From the NCBI GenBank assembly GCA_964439435.1, contig CAYTOF010000002.1, positions 4,033-68,032 on the forward strand: 64,000 nt of DNA, given 5' to 3'. The DNA comes from an uncultured Oscillospiraceae bacterium (GTDB taxonomy: Bacteria; Bacillota; Clostridia; Oscillospirales; QAMX01). Below the pieces are notes generated by a model, which made no database searches, was not told the DNA's origin, and was given only the letters and a program-made list of their open reading frames with translations. Made by a program: the position numbers and the translations under genes. Positions 10,763-21,048 of this stretch are shown one piece after another. Every line of letters begins with the position of its first letter. The stretch's first letter is position 1.

Positions 10763-12160
10763 ATGAAATTTCTTGATGAAAACTTTTTGCTCGCAGGAGA
10801 AACAGCAAGGCAACTCTATCATGAAGTGGCCAAAGGCCTGCCGATTATCGACTACCACTGTCATTTATCACCTTCTGAAATAGCGTCTGACAAGCGGTTT
10901 AACACGATTACTGAAGCGTGGCTAGGTGGGGACCATTATAAATGGCGTCTCATGCGGATAAAAGGCATTGACGAGAACCTCATTACCGGAGATGGGGATG
11001 ACTTTGAAAAGTTTTATTCGTATTGCAGTGTGATAGAAACCGCTATCGGCAACCCGCTTTATCATTGGTCACACTTGGAGATGAAACGCTATTTTGACAT
11101 CGACAAACCGTTAACCAGAAAAAATGCCCGATGGATATATGACAAATCAAACGAAAAGCTATCCGATAAAAAGTTTTCGGCCCGAAACTTCATTGAACGA
11201 TCTAATGTTGCCGAGATCTGCACGACCGATGATCCATCCGACAACCTTCAGCATCACGCAGAAATATTAAAAAATCCCATTAACAATTGCAATGTACGGC
11301 CAACTTTTAGACCTGACAGAGCACTTTACATTGGCAGGCCGGACTTTGAAGCTTATATGTATCTATTGGCACAAGCTGCGGATTTTGAAATCAATTCCCT
11401 AAACGACATGATGGAGGCTCTTCGAAGACGCATTGATTATTTTCATGCACATGGTTGTCGACTTTCCGATCATGATTTTGCTAGGATTCCTTCCTATGTT
11501 GCAAATGAAAGCGAAGCTGCTCAAACATGGAGCGACAGGATGAACGGCAAAGAATTAAGCACGCAACAAATTGAAGGTTATATGGCCTATGTTTTGTGTG
11601 AACTGGCATCCTCTTTTTGCAAAAAGAAATGGACGATGCAGTTGCATTGCGGAGCAATGCGCGACAACAACACCAGGATGTTTAAAAGCTTGGGAAAGGA
11701 CACGGGATTTGATACCATGTCCGACTTTGAAACAGCGCAAAGTATCTCCCGTCTGTTAGATGCGATGGATTCTAAAAATGTCTTGCCCAAAACAATTCTA
11801 TACTCACTAAATCCCAAAGATTATTATGGGATGATCGCTCTTTGCGGTTGTTTTACAGAAGCAGGTGTGGTCGGAAAAACTCAATTTGGGTCTGCATGGT
11901 GGTTTATTGATCACAAAGAAGGCATGGAACTGCAGCTTAGGAACACTGCCAGTCTAAATTTACTTTCTGTATTTGTCGGTATGCTTACAGATTCCAGAAG
12001 CTTTTTGTCATATCCAAGACACGAGTATTTCAGAAGAATTTTTTGCAATCTTGTTGGCTCTTGGGTGGACAATGGCGAATTTCCAAAAGATATGGAATTA
12101 TTGACTGAAATAGTTGAAGGTGTATGTCATAAAAATGCAAAAACATACTTTGACTTTTAG
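10763..12160 (+). CDS. uxaC: glucuronate isomerase
   Basis: FLDENFLL..ETARQLYHEVAKGLPIIDYHCHL is the hallmark UxaC N-terminus. The length of about 465 aa fits. I prefer the ATG at 10763, preceded by GGAGGG, over the track start at 10751. Confidence 0.93.
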   Translation: MKFLDENFLLAGETARQLYHEVAKGLPIIDYHCHLSPSEIASDKRFNTITEAWLGGDHYKWRLMRIKGIDENLITGDGDDFEKFYSYCSVIETAIGNPLYHWSHLEMKRYFDIDKPLTRKNARWIYDKSNEKLSDKKFSARNFIERSNVAEICTTDDPSDNLQHHAEILKNPINNCNVRPTFRPDRALYIGRPDFEAYMYLLAQAADFEINSLNDMMEALRRRIDYFHAHGCRLSDHDFARIPSYVANESEAAQTWSDRMNGKELSTQQIEGYMAYVLCELASSFCKKKWTMQLHCGAMRDNNTRMFKSLGKDTGFDTMSDFETAQSISRLLDAMDSKNVLPKTILYSLNPKDYYGMIALCGCFTEAGVVGKTQFGSAWWFIDHKEGMELQLRNTASLNLLSVFVGMLTDSRSFLSYPRHEYFRRIFCNLVGSWVDNGEFPKDMELLTEIVEGVCHKNAKTYFDF

Positions 12161-12186
12161 CTCTGAACTTAACTAAACAAGCAAAC

Positions 12187-12227
12187 AAAAAGGTTACAAC
12201 AAATTTTCCACTGTGTAACCTTTTTGT
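12187..12227 (+). terminator. Rho-independent terminator after uxaC
   Basis: Stem AAAAAGGTTACA (12187-12198) pairs with TGTAACCTTTTT (12214-12225), and a T-run follows. Confidence 0.7.
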
Positions 12228-12423
12228 AATTGAATAGGACAAAATCATAGTATATAATATCAATGAGCAATTATTACACATCAATTGGACTTATAAACGG
12301 TGGGCATTTTTAGCACCAAAAGAAGATCGGTTAACGAGCAACTTAAAAGAATAGAGATCGAAGGGTAAGGTATTATACTTTCATGACAAATAACTCCTAT
12401 GAGAAGGAAGGGGAGAACGGGAT

Positions 12424-14094
12424 TTGAATGATTGGAAAAAGATCCTTGGGCAGCTTCCCGCAGAACAACTGCAAGAGCAAAAGATGCACACTACAGAAAT
12501 CCGCATAAAGGCGAAAAGAAAAAATACCATTCTGGGTATAAGCCCCGCTTTGTTCTGGATAAATATCAGTGTGTTTTTGCTTGTAGTGATTTTATCCACA
12601 TTCTGGATTATAACCGTCTCAAAACAAGTGAGAGATTATGATAGAATCTATCCGGGTGTATCAGCATTGGGTATAGATTTGGGAGGAATGACAATTTCTG
12701 AAGCTGTCGATGCAATCGACGAATATAGCGACAACTATTACTCGGGAAAGCAAATTATACTGAACTATCAAGATAAAACAGCTACAATAAATGCAAGAAA
12801 TGCAATTATCAGTGTAAAATCAGAGCAGGTGGCGCAAAACGCCTATGAATTTGGCAGAGAAGAAAATCTTTTTGAAAAACACAAACTCATTAAATCAACA
12901 AAAAAAGTTGAAATTCCTGTCATCACTGACCAATCGAGCAATATAAAATATATTGAAGAAGTTGTTGACTGCTTTATAGAGCAAGTAAATCAAGAATACC
13001 GTTTCTACAGCGTGGTGTATCTCAGTGAGTCGCTGGAAATAACACGTGGACAAGATGGGATAACAGTACGAAGGGAAGAACTGTTAAACAAGGTCAAAAA
13101 AATGCTTTCAGAGGGAGATTTTCGCACGCTTGTTGTAGAACCGGATATTGAAGAAGCTCTTGAACCGGATGTAGATTATATAAGGACTGCAATTTATGTT
13201 TCGCCCACAGATGCCAAACTTATAAAAACAGGTAAAAAGACATACAAGATTCAAGAAGAAAGATTGGGAAAAGACATTGACATTGATCAGATTCGTGCGG
13301 ATTTTGAAGATGACAGTTGGTCAGTGAGAAGTTATCCGTACATCAATATCGAACCTATAACAGCTGAAAAATATAAAAGTCTTTTATTTCGCGACACACT
13401 TGCAACTTATAAAACATATTTAAATCCCGACGCTGAAAACAGAACAACAAATGTTAGGCTGGCTACAGAGGCAATCAACGGGGTTGTGCTGATGCCCAAA
13501 ACCGATCAAGAAGCAGGCGAAGTATTTTCATTTAATGCAATTGTGGGAGAGCGCACCGTTGCAAAAGGTTATAAACCCGCTCCAATCTTCGCGGCAGGGG
13601 AAGTCGTCGATGGAGTTGGCGGAGGAATATGTCAGATTACATCTACACTCTATGTGACCACACTTTATGCGGATCTTAAAGTTGTCGAGCGTGCACCCCA
13701 TGCCTTTGCAGTGTCCTACGTGCCAAAATCGTGGGATGCGACCGTACAATATGGTTATATTGACTACAAGTTTGAAAATGATACAAAATATCCATTGAAA
13801 ATAATTGCTGAATTAAACGGCAATACTTTGTCCATATCTTTTGTTGGCACAAACGAAAACCCCGGTAAAACAGTTGAGCTTAAAAGTGAAGTTCTGAATG
13901 AAGTCCCATTTGATACAGAATACAGCCGAAATGAAGCTCTTGCCCCTGGCATGTCTCTCGAAACTCAAAGAGGTCAAAACGGATATCGATGTGAATTATA
14001 CCAAAGCATTTATGAAAATGGAGCTGAGGTGGAGCGACGCCGAGTTAATGTGACAACCTATTCGCCGCAAACGCGAAGAGTAGAACATGGTTAA
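12424..14094 (+). CDS. VanW family protein with N-terminal TM anchor and C-terminal G5 domain
   Basis: 556 aa with one TM segment (ISPALFWINISVFLLVVILSTFWIITV). VanW core motif GGGICQITSTLY, and a C-terminal G5-like segment (EVPFDTEY...QRGQNGYRCELY...RRVEHG). TTG start at 12424; an alternative ATG lies at 12484. Confidence 0.8.
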   Translation: MNDWKKILGQLPAEQLQEQKMHTTEIRIKAKRKNTILGISPALFWINISVFLLVVILSTFWIITVSKQVRDYDRIYPGVSALGIDLGGMTISEAVDAIDEYSDNYYSGKQIILNYQDKTATINARNAIISVKSEQVAQNAYEFGREENLFEKHKLIKSTKKVEIPVITDQSSNIKYIEEVVDCFIEQVNQEYRFYSVVYLSESLEITRGQDGITVRREELLNKVKKMLSEGDFRTLVVEPDIEEALEPDVDYIRTAIYVSPTDAKLIKTGKKTYKIQEERLGKDIDIDQIRADFEDDSWSVRSYPYINIEPITAEKYKSLLFRDTLATYKTYLNPDAENRTTNVRLATEAINGVVLMPKTDQEAGEVFSFNAIVGERTVAKGYKPAPIFAAGEVVDGVGGGICQITSTLYVTTLYADLKVVERAPHAFAVSYVPKSWDATVQYGYIDYKFENDTKYPLKIIAELNGNTLSISFVGTNENPGKTVELKSEVLNEVPFDTEYSRNEALAPGMSLETQRGQNGYRCELYQSIYENGAEVERRRVNVTTYSPQTRRVEHG

Positions 14095-14118
14095 TTGATT
14101 TGTATATAATATAATGGT

Positions 14119-14154
14119 ACAAAGAAAACCACTCATATGAGTGGTTTTCTTTGT
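14119..14154. terminator. bidirectional terminator hairpin between convergent genes
   Basis: Perfect 17-nt inverted repeat ACAAAGAAAACCACTCA / TGAGTGGTTTTCTTTGT. Each arm carries T-rich 3' flanks, and it sits between the VanW (+) and GH38 (-) stops. Confidence 0.7.
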
Positions 14155-14176
14155 ATGACTGTTTTCCGGGAAACAG

Positions 14177-17100
14177 TCAATTTATTCTGAACGTCACAAC
14201 TTCATGAGGTTTAATAAAGAATGAGAAACTATTATCTTCGCAAGAGACGATACTCTCAGTTTCCATCGGACGTTCTGTCATATCACAGACAACAACAGAC
14301 GAGAAGTCAAGGCTTAGAGTGAACTTAACCTCTCCTCTTCTTGACTCCGCTTCATATGCACGCAAGATGAGACCATTGCCGTCTTGAGCCGGTTTGATGG
14401 CATCTAAAACAATGTTTTCGGCATTGCATTGTACAAAAGAGAAATCGCGGGTGATGTCGTTGTTGGGCGATGCATAATCCACGGAAATGGCGTTTTTCTT
14501 ATCCATGGCTCTTATAACGCAGGTGCGGATTGGAAAGTTCAATGCGAAGGCTTCTTGGACGACTCTGCCTTCTCTCCAATCGCCTTTATGCGGATATAAG
14601 CTATATATGAAATCGTGAGTTCCCTTGTCAGCTACCATATCCGGAACTATGGGAGCACGAAGCAAGCTTATACTCATCTTGGATTCATGTATGTTGTAGC
14701 CATATTTTGAATCATTCAAAATAGCGACACCGTATCCACCTTCGGATAAATCAGCCCATTTGTGCGCACACACTTCGAATTTTGCTCGGTCAAAGGAAGT
14801 GTTTTTGTGTGTCGGCCTGTAGATAGCACCATGTGCAATTTCGTATGCTGCGAAAGGGGATCTCACCGCCACATCGAAATCAGCTTTTAAAAGCTTTTCT
14901 GTTTCTTGCCAATCAACATGAGTGATAAAATCTATCCTGCAGCTACCGGCGTATAGCGTCACATCTTGAGTAATAAGACTTTTGTTGAAACGCTTGACTA
15001 TTTCCAGCACACCGCTGACAGGCGTGCTCTCGACTACGCGGATAGAGACAAGTTCTGCGTCCCAACGTTTTTTCACATAGTTGGATTCAAGATTCCAAGC
15101 ACTCTCATGGACGGGCTTGTCTGCATAAATGGAAAACTTATTGCCAAGTCCCGAGAGAATATCTCTTTGCTCGTCTTTGTCGTAAATAGAGCTTATATTG
15201 CCGTTGTCATCAAAAACTACACGCAGTTTTTCGTTTTCAAGCAGTTGAGTAGAAACAGTGACTTTTGAAGCAACATTTTCCTCCCGAATTAGATCATAGA
15301 TACGAAAACTCATCGCCGGAACTTCTGCAATGAATGACAGATGCTCACCGTCTTGATTGTGGGGCGCTGTTTCTCCCGCATATGCAGGAGCAAGTCCTGC
15401 CTCTTTGTTGAGTATTTTAACGCGCTCGCGAACGTTTCCGGATGTCAGGTTGAAACATACAATACCATTTTCGGTGTAGCGACTTGCCATGGAGACAAGG
15501 GCCTCATTCAAAATTTGCTCGCCAATCGCAGCCATTTCGTTGTATTCATCTGCTGTATTCAAATAAACTTCGTGAATAGATGTTCCGGGCAATATATCGT
15601 GAAACTGATTAATCAATAAGAGTTTCCAAGCTTTTTCTAATTCAGTATCAGGTTTTAGACCGTTTGCCGTTCCATGCAAAAAGCATAGCATCATCTCAGC
15701 TCGTGATAACAGAAGTTCGCCATAACGGTTGAATTTTTTCACGAAGCCTTGGCTTGTAAATGTTCCGCGATGATTTTCATAGTACAGTTCATCATCAATC
15801 ACGGGAAGATTATCATATGCCTTTTCGGCTTGGTTGAAAAAATCAATTGGAGATCCAATATGTGATTCAGGCAATCCAGGTATGCGTGATATGCAAGCAG
15901 CATTTTCTAGCATTTCTTCGGTTACGCCGCCACCACCATCACCATATCCAAACATTCCCATAAGAGTATTGTTGATGCCTTTTTGCTCGTTGAATGTCCA
16001 GGCATTTGCGATTTTTGCTGCATTATACTCGTCGCCGTAATGTGTCCGCTGCATATATGCCAGTATTTCACTGCCATCAATGCCGCGCCAACGAAAAAGA
16101 GTGTGTGGGAATTTATTTGTATCTTGGTTGGAGAGTTTAGCTGTCACAAAATATTTCATGCCGCTCTTTTTGATTATTTGAGGGAGTGCGTATGAAAAAC
16201 CAAAACAATCCGGCAGCCAATAAATCTCTGATGAGACACCAAATTCATTCATAAAAAACTCTCTACCGTACAGAAGCTGTCGAATGAGAGATTCTCCTGA
16301 AGCGATGTTGGTGTCAGCTTCAACCCAAGCATCTCCGGCTGTTATGATTCTGCCGGCAGCGATCGCCGGTTTGACTCTTTCGTATAATTCTGGATAATGA
16401 GTTTTTAAAAGTTCATACAAATAAGCTTGGCTCTGCGTCCAAACAATATCAGATCTGCGTTCAATGAGCTCAAGATTGTTTGAAAAAGTGCGAGCACATT
16501 TACGAATAACCTCTTTGACTGTCCACAACCAAGCAACGTCAATATGGCTGTGTCCTGTCATTATCACTTCTCCGCGGGGCATATGCTTGATAGAATCAAT
16601 CATATCCCATAATAACTCTTGAGCTTTGGTAAATGAGGCTCTTGTTGTGCTTTCATCAAAATCAAAGTCTATTTCATGCAGGGAGTCATCCAAAGCAGCA
16701 TAGAGTTCGCGTTTAATATCCTCATCCGTTATGTAGTCAAGTGCTTCCATTATAAGTGTGACATCCGTAAAATAACTGTCAACAATTTCATCCAGCAAAA
16801 CTATTCTTGCTTTGGATAAAGTGTATGCTACAGAATTGCGTCCGGCTAAGACATGGTCACAAAAACCACCGGAATTGACCGTAGCTTCCAATTCTATTTC
16901 GACCTCATCAGGTATTGGATTGGGGGCGAATATGCGTTCGCGATGCACCCACCCATTTGCCATATTTGAGCTTACAGAGCCCATGATTTTGCCGTTCATG
17001 CGGACGATGACTTCGCCGCCAATGTTGAATTCAAAATATGTTTTGCCGTTTTTGAAATGTTCAGGTATTTTAAGAGATGCAGTAAACCACGTGGTTTGGT

Positions 17101-17368
17101 CATAACCTGTAACCCATGAATCTCCAAGCTTCAGTTCCGATTGGGTATCATCAGCTACATCAAACACCCCCGGCTCTGAGTGAACTCCTTTTTTCGCTGA
17201 CCAATGCACAATGTCGATACTGTCGACAACAACATATTTGGGGATTTGCTTCATAAGGTGAGCCAACACAGCTTTTTTTTCAGTCCTCACACTCAAACCT
17301 CCATAAGATTTTATAATCCAGATATCTCTGACAAGCGGATTATACCACGCAAAGATATGTTTGTCCAA
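14177..17368 (-). CDS. GH38 family alpha-mannosidase
   Basis: About 1040-1063 aa. GH38 catalytic N-domain motif MTGHSHIDVAWLW, with central and C-terminal beta domains of typical length. A GTG at 17290 preceded by GGAGG is a plausible true start. Confidence 0.88.
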   Translation of the reverse strand: MDKHIFAWYNPLVRDIWIIKSYGGLSVRTEKKAVLAHLMKQIPKYVVVDSIDIVHWSAKKGVHSEPGVFDVADDTQSELKLGDSWVTGYDQTTWFTASLKIPEHFKNGKTYFEFNIGGEVIVRMNGKIMGSVSSNMANGWVHRERIFAPNPIPDEVEIELEATVNSGGFCDHVLAGRNSVAYTLSKARIVLLDEIVDSYFTDVTLIMEALDYITDEDIKRELYAALDDSLHEIDFDFDESTTRASFTKAQELLWDMIDSIKHMPRGEVIMTGHSHIDVAWLWTVKEVIRKCARTFSNNLELIERRSDIVWTQSQAYLYELLKTHYPELYERVKPAIAAGRIITAGDAWVEADTNIASGESLIRQLLYGREFFMNEFGVSSEIYWLPDCFGFSYALPQIIKKSGMKYFVTAKLSNQDTNKFPHTLFRWRGIDGSEILAYMQRTHYGDEYNAAKIANAWTFNEQKGINNTLMGMFGYGDGGGGVTEEMLENAACISRIPGLPESHIGSPIDFFNQAEKAYDNLPVIDDELYYENHRGTFTSQGFVKKFNRYGELLLSRAEMMLCFLHGTANGLKPDTELEKAWKLLLINQFHDILPGTSIHEVYLNTADEYNEMAAIGEQILNEALVSMASRYTENGIVCFNLTSGNVRERVKILNKEAGLAPAYAGETAPHNQDGEHLSFIAEVPAMSFRIYDLIREENVASKVTVSTQLLENEKLRVVFDDNGNISSIYDKDEQRDILSGLGNKFSIYADKPVHESAWNLESNYVKKRWDAELVSIRVVESTPVSGVLEIVKRFNKSLITQDVTLYAGSCRIDFITHVDWQETEKLLKADFDVAVRSPFAAYEIAHGAIYRPTHKNTSFDRAKFEVCAHKWADLSEGGYGVAILNDSKYGYNIHESKMSISLLRAPIVPDMVADKGTHDFIYSLYPHKGDWREGRVVQEAFALNFPIRTCVIRAMDKKNAISVDYASPNNDITRDFSFVQCNAENIVLDAIKPAQDGNGLILRAYEAESRRGEVKFTLSLDFSSVVVCDMTERPMETESIVSCEDNSFSFFIKPHEVVTFRIN

Positions 17369-17550
17369 TGCATAAAACGGAATTTATTTGGCATACCAAA
17401 TATAAAATTATTATGCGAAGCAAAATGCTTGGGTGCATATTAGAAACATGTTTTAATATGCAGCTTAGTGCATGTGTTGCTTTATCGATAGTATAAAATC
17501 ATCATATAATTTGCATGTGATTATGGTTACTTATGGTGGCGCTTGGTATT

Positions 17551-17581
17551 TTGCTCGATTAGCTTTAAAATATGGTATACT
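17551..17581 (+). promoter_or_regulatory. candidate promoter for asnS (extended -10)
   Basis: TGgTATACT extended -10 at 17573-17581, with a weak TTGCTC -35-like hexamer at 17551-17556. It lies about 150 nt upstream of asnS. Confidence 0.35.
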
Positions 17582-17730
17582 GATAATTGATAAGCTGCAC
17601 TGAATATGTTATCATATACAATTAAGCAGAGTATATTTATTTATGCTCTAAATATCATCGGTTTTTAAACACTCGAATTGTGAACGGTGCATACTTAATT
17701 AGAACTAATAAAATAAAAAGGAGACAAACC

Positions 17731-19125
17731 ATGAAAACAATCCCCGTTAGGGACTTGTATAAATACTCAAAAAAATATGCCGGAAGTACCATAGCTCTTG
17801 CGGGATGGATTAGAACCATCAGATCATCAAATGCATTTGCATTTATTGAACTCAATGACGGCAGCTGTTTTAAACCGATCCAGGTAGTTCTTGATGTCAA
17901 TAAGATCACAAATTACCGTGAGATTATAAAAATAAATGTGGGGACAGCTCTGAAAATTGAAGGTGAGTTCATTTTGACTCCCAACTCAAAGCAACCCTTT
18001 GAATTGCATGCACAAAATGTCGAAATTGAAGGACCTTCCGCACCTGACTATCCTTTACAAAAAAAGCGACACTCGCTTGAGTATTTGCGTTCAATTGCGC
18101 ATCTACGTGCACGGACAAATACTTTCAGTGCTGTCTTTAGAGTGCGTAGCGAAGTATCTTATGCGATACACAAGTTTTTTTATGAGAAGGGTTTTGTCTG
18201 GGTACACACCCCCATAATAACCGGCAGCGATGCTGAAGGGGCCGGTGAAATGTTCAGGGTAACAGCACTTGATCTGGAAAACCTTCCCAAAGCCGATGAT
18301 GGTTCAATTGATTATTCAGAGGATTTCTTTGGATGTGAAACCCATTTGACAGTGTCGGGGCAATTGGAAGGCGAGACAATGGCCATGGCTTTCGGAAACA
18401 TATATACTTTTGGGCCCACTTTTCGCGCGGAAAATTCCAACACACCGCGTCATGCAGCTGAGTTTTGGATGATAGAGCCGGAAATTGCATTTGCTGATTT
18501 AGAAGACAATATGGATCTTGCAGAAGAGATGCTGAAGTATATTGTCTCTTATATACTTGAAAAATGTGCATATGAATTGGAGTTTTTCGATAAATTTCTC
18601 AGTCCGGGATTGTTAGATCGATTAAATCGTATTCTCAAAGCGGATTATCACAGAATATCATATACGCAAGCCATTGACATGTTGCTCAAAAGCGATAAAA
18701 AGTTTGACTATCTTCCCTATTGGGGTTGTGATTTGCAGACGGAACACGAAAGATATCTTTCAGAGGAATTATTTGACGGTCCTGTTTTTATTACTGACTA
18801 CCCCAAAGAGATTAAAGCGTTTTATATGCGTTTAAATGACGATGGCAAGACAGTTGCTGCGATGGATCTATTAGTCCCTGGAATTGGGGAAATTATAGGT
18901 GGGAGTCAGCGTGAGGAGAGACTTCCGATATTACAAACACGAATCAATGAGATGGGACTTGATGAAAAAGACTATTGGTGGTATCTTGATCTCAGGAAAT
19001 ATGGTGGTACAAAACACGCGGGATTTGGGCTGGGTCTTGAGAGATTTATCATGTATGTAACGGGAATATCCAATATAAGAGATGTAATCCCATATCCCCG
19101 GACAACCGGTAACGCAGAATTTTAA
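17731..19125 (+). CDS. asnS: asparagine--tRNA ligase
   Basis: Class IIb aaRS with an N-terminal OB-fold ([21 protein letters not shown]). Class II motifs [21 protein letters not shown] and [12 protein letters not shown], and a C-terminal [10 protein letters not shown] chose the ATG at 17731 because it is preceded by AAAGGAG. Confidence 0.93.
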   Translation: MKTIPVRDLYKYSKKYAGSTIALAGWIRTIRSSNAFAFIELNDGSCFKPIQVVLDVNKITNYREIIKINVGTALKIEGEFILTPNSKQPFELHAQNVEIEGPSAPDYPLQKKRHSLEYLRSIAHLRARTNTFSAVFRVRSEVSYAIHKFFYEKGFVWVHTPIITGSDAEGAGEMFRVTALDLENLPKADDGSIDYSEDFFGCETHLTVSGQLEGETMAMAFGNIYTFGPTFRAENSNTPRHAAEFWMIEPEIAFADLEDNMDLAEEMLKYIVSYILEKCAYELEFFDKFLSPGLLDRLNRILKADYHRISYTQAIDMLLKSDKKFDYLPYWGCDLQTEHERYLSEELFDGPVFITDYPKEIKAFYMRLNDDGKTVAAMDLLVPGIGEIIGGSQREERLPILQTRINEMGLDEKDYWWYLDLRKYGGTKHAGFGLGLERFIMYVTGISNIRDVIPYPRTTGNAEF

Positions 19126-19151
19126 ATACTTTGCTGGAGGGTAGAGTTTAT

Positions 19152-19730
19152 ATGAAAAACAAAAAGCTAAATGATCTGGTCTTGACAGCAATCCTGTCAG
19201 CATTGATTGTTGTTATGACAGTTGTGCCATATACCGGGTATATAAGTTATGGTACTTTTTTGGAGATTACAACACTGCATCTTGTAGTGATTTTAGGTTC
19301 AGTGTTTTTAGGTTGGAAACATGGCGCCATATTAGGGGCGGTATGGGGACTGACCAGCTTTGCGCGTGCTTTTACGAATCCATTGTGGGCGTTGTTTACA
19401 AACCCACTCATTTCGGTTCTCCCACGAATCATAGTTGGAATTGTTGCAGGTTCAGTGTCAGCGGGATTGTTTAAAACGCGTTTGAATAAATATTTATCTA
19501 TCAGCTTGTCGGCCATATGCGGAACTCTCACAAACACAGTATTGGTACTGACTGCAATATATTTGTTTTCCGGATTACTTAATACATATACTGAGTTTTT
19601 TGAATTATTCAAAACAATCATAATGACAACAATTAGCATAAATGGTTTGGTCGAAATTATTGCAGCAGCTATTTTGATCCCTGCAATTTATTTTCCTATC
19701 TCTAAAACTACACATACAAGAGAAGAATAA
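19152..19730 (+). CDS. ECF transporter S component (vitamin-type substrate-capture subunit)
   Basis: About 192 aa with 6 TM segments. The N-terminus MKNKKLNDLVLTAILSALIVVMT... is typical of RibU/PanT-like S components. Substrate cannot be assigned. Starts 26 nt after asnS. Confidence 0.65.
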   Translation: MKNKKLNDLVLTAILSALIVVMTVVPYTGYISYGTFLEITTLHLVVILGSVFLGWKHGAILGAVWGLTSFARAFTNPLWALFTNPLISVLPRIIVGIVAGSVSAGLFKTRLNKYLSISLSAICGTLTNTVLVLTAIYLFSGLLNTYTEFFELFKTIIMTTISINGLVEIIAAAILIPAIYFPISKTTHTREE

Positions 19731-19745
19731 TATAGGAGCCCACAC

Positions 19746-21020
19746 ATGGCAAAACGGTATAGCGAAAATTTTGAAATCGAATTAAAAAATGAGTATGCTG
19801 AGCTTGAAAGAAGGTTTTTAGAATTTAAGAAAAATGGAAAGAAATTAAATATTTCTCGCGGTGTCCCATCAAAAGCACAGCTGGACCTATCGCAGGAAAT
19901 GCTTTGTTGTCTGAAATGCCCCGAAGATTATTTTGACGAAGGTACAGATACTCGCAACTACGGTTTCCCTGATGGCCTCCCCAGTGCAAAATCATTTTTT
20001 GCTCCTTTGCTCGGTGCGCCCGAAGAACAGATAATTGTCGGTGGAAACTCCAGTTTAAACATGATGTATGATATGGTGATCCGCGGGCTATGTTTTGGAT
20101 TTGCCGGACAAAGCCCCTGGTCGAAACAAGGAAAGATAAAGTTTATATGTGTTGTACCCGGATACGACAGACATTTCACCATATGTGAGCAGTGTGGAAT
20201 TGAAATGGTTACTGTTTGTATGACATCTGAGGGACCGGATATGGATGCAATAGAACAGATTATATCGGACCCAGCGGTAAAGGGGATATGGTGTGTTCCG
20301 AAATATTCAAATCCTGATGGAACAATTTATTCACCGGAAACAATACAGCGTTTTGCAAAATTAAAACCGGCAGCACCGGATTTTAGAATATTCTGGGACA
20401 ATGCATACTGTGTGCACGCTTTATACGAAGAAGAAAGTATCCCCAGTATTTTAGAGCTCTCAAAAGAGGCCGGGAATGACAATTTGGCTTTTGTGTTTAC
20501 TTCAACATCGAAAATCAGCTTTGCCGGTTCAGGAATTTCTGCTATGGCCGCCAGTCCGGACGATATAATGCATATAAAAAAGCTGCTCTCAGTTCAATCA
20601 ATATGCCCTGACAAAACAAATCAACTTAGGCATGTGCGATTTTTTAAAGACCGCGAATTGTTGCAGGAACATATGAGAAAACATGCAAATATCATACGAC
20701 CAAAATTCGAAACTGTTCTCGAAATGCTCGAACATGAAACTGATGGCTTGCCTTTTGTGAAATGGAGCAAGCCAAAGGGAGGTTATTTTATAAGCCTTGA
20801 TGTTCTACAGGGAACTGCAAAACGCACAATTGAACTGGCTCAAGAGGCAGGAGTGACTTTGACACCTGCCGGATCGACATGGCCATATCGAAAAGATCCG
20901 AAAGACAACAACATAAGAATCGCACCTACATATCCGGAACGAGATGATATACAAAAAGCCGCTGAATTATTGTGTATCTGTTTAAAACTCGCTGCAATTG
21001 AAAAACTAAACAATTCATAA
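19746..21020 (+). CDS. PLP-dependent aminotransferase (class I/II fold, AspC-like)
   Basis: 424 aa. The TSTSKISFAGSGISAM motif has a candidate PLP lysine, and the overall length and pattern fit fold-type I aminotransferases. Confidence 0.7.
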   Translation: MAKRYSENFEIELKNEYAELERRFLEFKKNGKKLNISRGVPSKAQLDLSQEMLCCLKCPEDYFDEGTDTRNYGFPDGLPSAKSFFAPLLGAPEEQIIVGGNSSLNMMYDMVIRGLCFGFAGQSPWSKQGKIKFICVVPGYDRHFTICEQCGIEMVTVCMTSEGPDMDAIEQIISDPAVKGIWCVPKYSNPDGTIYSPETIQRFAKLKPAAPDFRIFWDNAYCVHALYEEESIPSILELSKEAGNDNLAFVFTSTSKISFAGSGISAMAASPDDIMHIKKLLSVQSICPDKTNQLRHVRFFKDRELLQEHMRKHANIIRPKFETVLEMLEHETDGLPFVKWSKPKGGYFISLDVLQGTAKRTIELAQEAGVTLTPAGSTWPYRKDPKDNNIRIAPTYPERDDIQKAAELLCICLKLAAIEKLNNS

Positions 21021-21048
21021 GCCAAACAGAAAAGCAAAGGAGTTGTAT

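Noticed and set aside
17369-17730. I searched for T-box leaders upstream of asnS, and likewise upstream of the trpS operon (3171-3456), argS (50087-50201) and hisZ (26345-26536). TATGGTGGCGCTTGG at about 17540 looked faintly T-box-like.
   Set aside because: There is no GGGTGGTACCGCG-type T-box core, specifier-loop context or terminator/antiterminator pair. The argS and hisZ leaders are too short. An Rfam scan would still be the definitive test.
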